A stretch of 20,000 bases of DNA, taken from the NCBI GenBank assembly GCA_964490075.1, contig CAZBBK010000028.1, positions 46,594-66,593 of the forward strand, written 5' to 3'. Made by a program: the position numbers and the translations under genes. Of this stretch, positions 14,087 through 20,000 are shown in pieces. Below the pieces are notes generated by a model, which searched no databases, had not been told where the DNA came from, and worked only from the letters and a program-made list of their open reading frames with translations. Within the stretch, counting starts at the first letter, position 1. Every line of letters starts with the position of its first letter. The DNA is from an uncultured Gemmatimonadota bacterium. GTDB taxonomy: Bacteria; GCA-2686955.

Positions 14087-16692
14087 TGCGCGACCTGCGC
14101 TTCGCGCGTCGGGCGCCCAAGGAGCGCATGCGCATCGTCTGCCTGGGCGGCTCGGTGACCCGCGCCGAGTACCCCTTCTACATGGCCGACTATCTCGGCG
14201 GTGAGGTGGGCCACCCGGGAGTCGATCCCCCGCCTCCCTTCGACTCGATCGAGCTCATCAACTCCGGCTTCGGCGGCATGGGATCGACCCGGGTGATGCT
14301 CCTGATGCGCGAGATCCTGGGCTACGACCCCGATCTGATCGTCCTCTCCTCGGGCCACAACGAGTTTCTCGAACGCAACTTCTACCGTCCCCTGCTGGAG
14401 CGCAGCCCCTGGCTTCTGCGCCTGCAGGCTCTCTTCTATCGCAGCACCGCCGCGCGCCTGGCGCGGGTCGCGCTGCGCGCCCTGCGCGACACCTACGGCG
14501 GCTTCGAGCACGAGTCGGTCTCGCCCCTCTATCTCGACATGGAGAACCGCCCCTTCGTGGATCCGCGGCCCACGGCGGACGCTTCTTTCTGCGATCCGGT
14601 GCTGCTCAACTACACACGCAATCTGCTGGCCATGGTCGAAATGGCCCGCGAGCGCGGCGTGGCGCTGGTGCTGGCCACCCTGCCGACCCACCTGGCGGTC
14701 AATTCCGGGTTTCTGCGTCCCTACTGGCCCGATCCCTCGCGGCCTCCGATCGAGACCCCCTGGGCGGGGGACCGCAACGCGATCGGCCACGAGGTCGACG
14801 TGGCGGTGGCTCTGAACCTGCTGGCCGAGGGCCGCGCCGCGCCGGCCCTGTCCCGGATCGACGCGCTGCCCGACGACCTGGCGCGGCATCCGATGGTGCC
14901 GGTGTGGCGGGCGGAATGCCTCGATTCGCTCGGGCGCGGCGACCGGGCCTGGGCCGCGCGCTTCGAAGCGCTGCGCCGGACCACTCCCGCCGGCGATCGC
15001 AGCCTCCAGAACATCGCCATCCGAATCGCCGCACGCCTCGGCGGCGCGCCGGTGATCGATGTGGTGCGCGGAATGCGCCGCGCCGGAGAGGCGATGGGCG
15101 ATCCACTGCACGAGTTTCTCTGGGGAGACAGTGTGCACCCGGCCTTCAGCGGCTACGCGACCATGGGGGAGGCGGCCGCTCGCGACATCGAGGCCTGGTG
15201 GGCAAGGGGCGGCACCATGCCGGCCGCCGGCTCCGGCTTCCGCCCCGGCCCGGAGCGAGACCGACGGCTGCGGGCCGCGCTGGCCGCGGCGATCGACCCC
15301 TGCGCGGAATCCGAGAGCTGGTTCGCCGATCCCGATCCGCTGATCCGCGAGGCCGCCGCCTGGGGAGCCGGCTCCCCGCTCTGCGCCTGCGGCGACCGCG
15401 TTCTCAGCCGGCTCGCGGCTGCCGAGGCCGATCCCGGAGTGCGGATCGCCCTGCTCACCAGCGCGGCGGTGCGCGCCCACCCCGCGGCCGCGGCTCTGGT
15501 GCTCGACGCCCTCGAATCGGATGTCGAAGCCCTACACCTGGCGGCGATCCGGGCCGCAGGACTGGCCCGGCTCGAAGAGCTGGCCCCCGAGCTTCACGCC
15601 CGGCTCGTCGCTCCGGATGCCAGCGCGGCCGAGCAGGCCGAGCTGCTCTGGGCACTGGGGAGGATCGGCAGCGCGCCCGATCCCGCCCCGCTGCGGGACT
15701 TCTGCCGCGCCCATCTCGATCGAGGCTGCGACGCCCAGGTGGCCGCCGCGGCCTGCTTCGCCCTGGGCCGCATCGCATGCGAAGACGCGGCGGTGTTGCT
15801 GGAAGCGATGCTCGATCATCCCCACCCCTCGGTGGTCACCAACGCCCTCTGGGCACTGGCGGTGCTCGCCGGGGACGGGCTCCGCGTGGTCCCCGGGGTG
15901 CTGAGCGCCGCCGCGCCGCAGAACTGCAACGCTCCCCCGCGTCGGGCGAGGCTCGAAGCGAACTGGCACCCTCAGCTCGCGACCCGCGTCGCAGGGCTGG
16001 TCGCCAACCCCTGGCCGCCGATCGCCAGCGCCGCGGTGTCGCTCCTGGCACGGCTGCCGCGGCGGGCCGGTCTGGAGGCGCTGCTGCGCCATCCCGAGCT
16101 CGCGTCCCGGGAAGGGGTCGTCGAGCTCTACCTGGCCGAGCTCGCCGATCTGGTCGGTCCGGCCGATGCGGATGCACTGCGGCGCCTTGCGCGCACCGCG
16201 CCGGCCCACTTCTTGCCCCTGTTGGCGCTGGTCGATCCAGAGGCCGCGCTCGCCCTGGGCGGCACCGAGGCGGTCTGGAACGAGTGGAGCGTCACCGTGT
16301 CCAGGGCCCGCGCCGGCGATCGCGATGCGCTCGAGCGGATCCACCGCGATCTGCGGGAGCAGACGACGCCCGGAGCCGCACCGGTCGGCTCCCATCGGCC
16401 CGAGACGGCCTGGCAGATCGAGGCGTTGGGGATCTGCGGCGCTGAATCACACGCCCAGGTGTTGCGCCGCATCCTGCGCGACTCCCGGGTGACGGTCGAC
16501 ATCCAGGAGCCGGCGGCGACCGCCCTGGGGCGCATCGGCGACCGCGCCTGGCTCTCCGACTTGCCGGCCGTGCTGCCGGAAGGCGGCTTGCACCTCAGGA
16601 TCGCGGTGGCGCGGGCGCTCCTGCGCAGGAACGACGAAACCGAGGTCCGAGACCTCTTCGAGCGCTCGCTCGGGGCCGGTCCGAGTCCATGA
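14083..16692 (+). CDS. SGNH/GDSL hydrolase-fold protein with TPR-like insertion and C-terminal HEAT/PBS-lyase-like repeats
   Basis: Block I RIVCLGGS, block II INSGFGG, block III DLIVLSSGHNEF, block V DSVHP. HEAT-like units follow, e.g. DPDPLIREAAAW, LLWALGRIG, ACFALGRIA, LDHPHPSVVTNALWAL, AATALGRIG. Confidence 0.8.
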   Translation: MMRDLRFARRAPKERMRIVCLGGSVTRAEYPFYMADYLGGEVGHPGVDPPPPFDSIELINSGFGGMGSTRVMLLMREILGYDPDLIVLSSGHNEFLERNFYRPLLERSPWLLRLQALFYRSTAARLARVALRALRDTYGGFEHESVSPLYLDMENRPFVDPRPTADASFCDPVLLNYTRNLLAMVEMARERGVALVLATLPTHLAVNSGFLRPYWPDPSRPPIETPWAGDRNAIGHEVDVAVALNLLAEGRAAPALSRIDALPDDLARHPMVPVWRAECLDSLGRGDRAWAARFEALRRTTPAGDRSLQNIAIRIAARLGGAPVIDVVRGMRRAGEAMGDPLHEFLWGDSVHPAFSGYATMGEAAARDIEAWWARGGTMPAAGSGFRPGPERDRRLRAALAAAIDPCAESESWFADPDPLIREAAAWGAGSPLCACGDRVLSRLAAAEADPGVRIALLTSAAVRAHPAAAALVLDALESDVEALHLAAIRAAGLARLEELAPELHARLVAPDASAAEQAELLWALGRIGSAPDPAPLRDFCRAHLDRGCDAQVAAAACFALGRIACEDAAVLLEAMLDHPHPSVVTNALWALAVLAGDGLRVVPGVLSAAAPQNCNAPPRRARLEANWHPQLATRVAGLVANPWPPIASAAVSLLARLPRRAGLEALLRHPELASREGVVELYLAELADLVGPADADALRRLARTAPAHFLPLLALVDPEAALALGGTEAVWNEWSVTVSRARAGDRDALERIHRDLREQTTPGAAPVGSHRPETAWQIEALGICGAESHAQVLRRILRDSRVTVDIQEPAATALGRIGDRAWLSDLPAVLPEGGLHLRIAVARALLRRNDETEVRDLFERSLGAGPSP
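15319..16630 (+). repeat. Degenerate protein-level HEAT/ARM-like helical repeat region
   Basis: Roughly 8-9 recurring L-x-D-x-x-x-x-V/I-R-x-x-A-x-x-A-L-G-R-I-like units in the translation. No DNA-level tandem identity. Confidence 0.7.
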
Positions 16693-19085
16693 GGTTGCAT
16701 CCCGGGGCCTCCCGAATCCTCGCGCACGCCACGTTCTTTCTGCTCTCGGCGCTCCTGGTGCTGGCGGCACCCGATCTGGTCGGCTGGGGCGACGCGCTCG
16801 CGCCCCGGACCCGGGCCGGCGACGTGGTCGACCCGGAGATCGAGGTGCGTGGCGAGGTCGGCTGGCGCAAGGGCCTCTTCGAGCTGAACGCCTCCAACAG
16901 CCTGGTGCACCAGGGCGGAATCGAGGCGCCGGGAGGCCTGCGCCTGCGCTTGGAGCGGGGCCGCGGGGCCGGTCAGCTGCGCGTCGAGTTCGCCGCCGGG
17001 GCGGCAACCCGCTACGCCTGTGTCCTGCACGCCGATCCCGAACAAGGCGGCGTGTTCGCCGGCGACGAGCGTCTGCTGGGACCCTTTCGCTTCGACTCGA
17101 TGCGCGATCCGGGTGGCACCGGCAAGCGCGCGCTCCGGTTTCGCCAGCTGGTCGTGGAGGTCTCCGAGGACGGGGTCGTGCGAGCCTCGGTCGACGGCCG
17201 GCCGGCCGGATCGGCGCCGGCGCCGCTGCCGATCGAGCGCGGGATCCTCGAGATCGAGGCGCCCCGCGACCCCCACTACAGCGGGTTCCACTTCGCCTCC
17301 GCGACCCTCGGCGACGGGCGGCAGGAGCTGCGCGTGGCGGCCGGATTCGCCCCGCTGATCGACCTGCGTTTCGGTCCCTGCGGAAGCTGGCAGCGGCCGA
17401 CCCAGTGGCTCGTCGCCCTCGCGCTCCTGGCGGTCTGGGCGGCGCTCCTCGAGTCGGCTCTGGACCGGGTCGCTGGAGCGCGCCGCGATCGCCGCCGGGC
17501 GCTGCGCTTCCTCCTGCTGCCGACGTTCTGGGCGCTGCTCTACGCCTTCGCCGAGCTCCTGGCGCTGCCGCGCAACATGGCGCTGGTCCATGGTGCCGTG
17601 ATCGGCGTCGCCCATCTGCTACGGGCCGTCGATCTCACCTTCGCGCGCGGTGCCCGGTCGCTCGGGGGGCCCGCGGCCGCGCTCGGCGGAGGATTGGCGC
17701 TGGCGGCCGCCACCCTCTGGCTGATGGCCCAGGGCTCGAGCTCGGTCTGGTACGAGCCGGCGATCCCCACCACGACCAGCCCATGGTGGACTCCGGCGCT
17801 GGCGCTGGTCGCCTGCGCCGGGTTGCTCGGCAGCCGGTCCTATCCGCTCGGGACCTTCGCGTTCTTCGCGCCACAGGGTCTGCACTGGCTGTGGCTCACG
17901 CGCCTGCATCCCGATCCCAACGCGACGATCTTCCTCGCGGTCGCGCTGCTGCCCTGGATCGCCTTCAGCGCGCTGCGCATCGCGGCCCGGCCGCGCCGGC
18001 CGCGTCTGTTGATGCTGCTGGTGGCGCTGGTTCCCATGGCGGTGGCGCTGGTGGCGTTCGAGCTCTGCCTCAGGCAGCCCTTCAAGCGCTTCGAGGAGCT
18101 GGAATACGATGCCTTCGCGGTCGCCAAGTCGTGGCGAATCCGCGAGCACACCAATCTGCTGGGATCTTGGGACGGCGTCCCCAGCGCACAGCTCCGCGGC
18201 CGCTGCCACCCTCTCGAGCCCGATCCCGAGGTGCCGCGCATCGTCTGCCTGGGCAGCTCGTCCACCGCCGCCTCGGGGCTTCCGCCGGCCTCGCCCGACG
18301 CCTACCCGGCCCAGCTCGAGGCTCGGCTGCGGGCGCGGCTGGGGCGTGAGGTCGAGGTGCTGAACGGCGGGATTCCCGGTGCCGGCCTCTACATGATCCG
18401 TGTCTACCTCGAGGAGGTGCTGCTGCGCTTCCGGCCCGACCTGGTGGTGCTCTACTTCGGCGCCAACCGCGAGCTGCCGGAGAACCGCCTCTTCTACTGG
18501 CGGATGCGGGAGCTCCTCCAGCGCCACCCGTGGATCGAGTCGGGGGAGGAGCTGGCCGCCGCGATGGAGCTGCGTTTCCTCTCCCCCTCGCTGCTGCACG
18601 CCTACATGGCCGGGCTGCGCTGGCGGGTGGTCTACGGCCTGCGGCTGCTGGTCAACGCCGCGCTCGATCGCGGCCAGCAAGGGCGGGGCGATCCTCGGGC
18701 GCGCGCGGCCGTCGAGGCCTTCCTGGGTGGGGACCGGGCCAAGCCCCACAAGAGCGCCGACGAGATCGCCGAGCATTGCCTGCTCGCCGGCGTGCCGCTG
18801 GTGCTGGTTCCCGAGATCACCTGGAGCAGTCAGACCGGCTCCGGCGACGGCCACGACTATCGCCCGATCTTCCTGCGGGTGGCCGATTCCCATGGCCCCG
18901 AGGTGGAGACGCTCTGGCCCATCGGGCTCTTCCCGCGCGACGCATTGGAGCGCTGCATGAACGACGAGGTCCACCTCTCGCCGCGGGGCTACGGCCTGTT
19001 GGCGGAGTGGCTGGCGGACGAGCTGATCGCGGGCGGTTGGATCGAGCTACAACCGATACGCGAGCCGCAGGCTCAGCTCCCGTGA
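16689..19085 (+). CDS. Multi-pass membrane protein with C-terminal SGNH/GDSL hydrolase domain
   Basis: ATGA overlap with the previous gene. N-terminal hydrophobic segment, a soluble beta-rich region, then about 8 hydrophobic helices, then SGNH blocks RIVCLGSS, VLNGGIPG, DLVVLYFGAN and DEVHLS. Confidence 0.8.
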   Translation: MRLHPGASRILAHATFFLLSALLVLAAPDLVGWGDALAPRTRAGDVVDPEIEVRGEVGWRKGLFELNASNSLVHQGGIEAPGGLRLRLERGRGAGQLRVEFAAGAATRYACVLHADPEQGGVFAGDERLLGPFRFDSMRDPGGTGKRALRFRQLVVEVSEDGVVRASVDGRPAGSAPAPLPIERGILEIEAPRDPHYSGFHFASATLGDGRQELRVAAGFAPLIDLRFGPCGSWQRPTQWLVALALLAVWAALLESALDRVAGARRDRRRALRFLLLPTFWALLYAFAELLALPRNMALVHGAVIGVAHLLRAVDLTFARGARSLGGPAAALGGGLALAAATLWLMAQGSSSVWYEPAIPTTTSPWWTPALALVACAGLLGSRSYPLGTFAFFAPQGLHWLWLTRLHPDPNATIFLAVALLPWIAFSALRIAARPRRPRLLMLLVALVPMAVALVAFELCLRQPFKRFEELEYDAFAVAKSWRIREHTNLLGSWDGVPSAQLRGRCHPLEPDPEVPRIVCLGSSSTAASGLPPASPDAYPAQLEARLRARLGREVEVLNGGIPGAGLYMIRVYLEEVLLRFRPDLVVLYFGANRELPENRLFYWRMRELLQRHPWIESGEELAAAMELRFLSPSLLHAYMAGLRWRVVYGLRLLVNAALDRGQQGRGDPRARAAVEAFLGGDRAKPHKSADEIAEHCLLAGVPLVLVPEITWSSQTGSGDGHDYRPIFLRVADSHGPEVETLWPIGLFPRDALERCMNDEVHLSPRGYGLLAEWLADELIAGGWIELQPIREPQAQLP

Positions 19086-20000
19086 GGGGCCGGGGATGGG
19101 GGCGTGGCCGCTGTCGTAGGGCTGGATAAAGGTGTGGCCGGAGTCGAGGAGGTCGTGAACGCCCAGGCCGAGGTCGAGGCCCGGCGCGAAGAGATCGCGA
19201 CGATTGACGAAGAGGTCGAGCAGCAGCAGCGAGGGCTGTGCTTCGAGCGCCGCGCCGCCCTGACCGTCGCCGTGCAGGAAGCCGTAGCGCTCGCTGAGCC
19301 AGACCGCGCTGGGATCGAGCGTCATATTGACGCCCTCGAGCCGGAGCTGGGCGCGCAGCGCGAGCTTGTGGGCCGGGAAGCCGAGCAGTAGCTCGGGATG
19401 GCCCGCGACCGTGTAGATCTCGGCGCGGTTCGCGCCGCGCGCGCTGTAGAACGAGTAGCCGAGGTCCGCGCGCAGCCAAGGCGCCTGAATCCGCCAGTCC
19501 AGCTCGAAGCCGCGCGACCCGGTACGCGCGAAGTTGCGGTAGGTGTCGGCGTCGTTCAGCTCGTCGTAGAAGTAGATGATCGGGTTGTCGATGCTGATGT
19601 CGAAGCCGGTGGCGGTGAACATCATCTCGCGACCCAGCTCGTAGGTCACCGCCAACTCGAAGACGCTGGTCCGCTCCGGCTCGATCTCCACCCCCGACAG
19701 GATGTTCTCGACACCCGGGGCGCGGAAGGCGCGGTTGTAGAACGCCTTCAGGTGCAGTCTCTCGATCGAGCGCGTGAGACCGATGCGCGGCACCAGGGAG
19801 GAGCCGGCCTGGCTGTTGACCTCGTGGCGCAGCCCCGCCGTCAGGTTGGCGAGTGGATGATCGAGGAGCAGCTCGGCGAAGGCGGCGGCGTTGTGGTAGC
19901 GCTCTTCGCCCGCCTCCACGAAGTGCTCCGCGCCGACCTCCCCCGCGGTGTCGCGCAGCTCGGCGCGATCGGTGAAGCCCTCGAAGCCCACGCTTAGCTG
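19047..20000 (-). CDS. TonB-dependent outer-membrane receptor, C-terminal beta-barrel part (5' end outside window)
   Basis: Frame is open to base 20000. Motifs LTAGLR, AFRAP, IEPERTSVFEL, SRGFELD, LGVHDLLD and a C-terminal beta-signal-like PGPSRELSLRLAYRL. Confidence 0.88.
   Translation of the reverse strand, partial: QLSVGFEGFTDRAELRDTAGEVGAEHFVEAGEERYHNAAAFAELLLDHPLANLTAGLRHEVNSQAGSSLVPRIGLTRSIERLHLKAFYNRAFRAPGVENILSGVEIEPERTSVFELAVTYELGREMMFTATGFDISIDNPIIYFYDELNDADTYRNFARTGSRGFELDWRIQAPWLRADLGYSFYSARGANRAEIYTVAGHPELLLGFPAHKLALRAQLRLEGVNMTLDPSAVWLSERYGFLHGDGQGGAALEAQPSLLLLDLFVNRRDLFAPGLDLGLGVHDLLDSGHTFIQPYDSGHAPIPGPSRELSLRLAYRL

Noticed and set aside
1575-18974. Many long antisense ORFs (e.g. 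1575..3113, 11432..13825, 13597..15480, 16128..17615, 17619..18974)
   Set aside because: Shadow ORFs opposite well-supported genes, with no recognisable motifs. Expected from GC-rich codon bias.
1-20000. CRISPR arrays, tRNA/rRNA genes, IS elements or integrases
   Set aside because: The window is almost entirely coding. I saw no spaced direct repeats, RNA gene signatures, transposase motifs or terminal inverted repeats.

Overview
Very GC-rich bacterial DNA (judged by eye, not computed), probably from a diderm organism given the TonB-dependent receptor and the meso-DAP-type MurE. Most of the window is a division/cell-wall (dcw) operon on the + strand: 'murE, [single-domain response regulator, 69-aa Cys-rich protein], murF, mraY, murD, ftsW, murG, murC-murB fusion, ftsQ, ftsA, ftsZ. 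Nearly all junctions are ATGA/TGATG/GTGA overlaps. The operon is followed 18 nt later by a co-directional module of two SGNH/GDSL-hydrolase genes: one with TPR-like and HEAT repeats whose membrane anchor is split off by a frameshift, and one multi-TM protein. The 3' part of a convergent TonB-dependent receptor gene closes the window. The most unusual elements are: (i) a translationally coupled cassette of a CheY-like receiver plus a small 4-Cys protein inserted between murE and murF; (ii) the MurC-MurB fusion with no ddl; (iii) FtsZ with duplicated C-terminal-peptide motifs, alongside an FtsA carrying a ~15-aa insertion next to its FtsZ-binding region; (iv) the SGNH module appended to ftsZ; (v) a candidate internal sigma70 promoter in ftsQ and a hairpin before ftsZ. 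I saw no RNA genes, CRISPR arrays or mobile elements.
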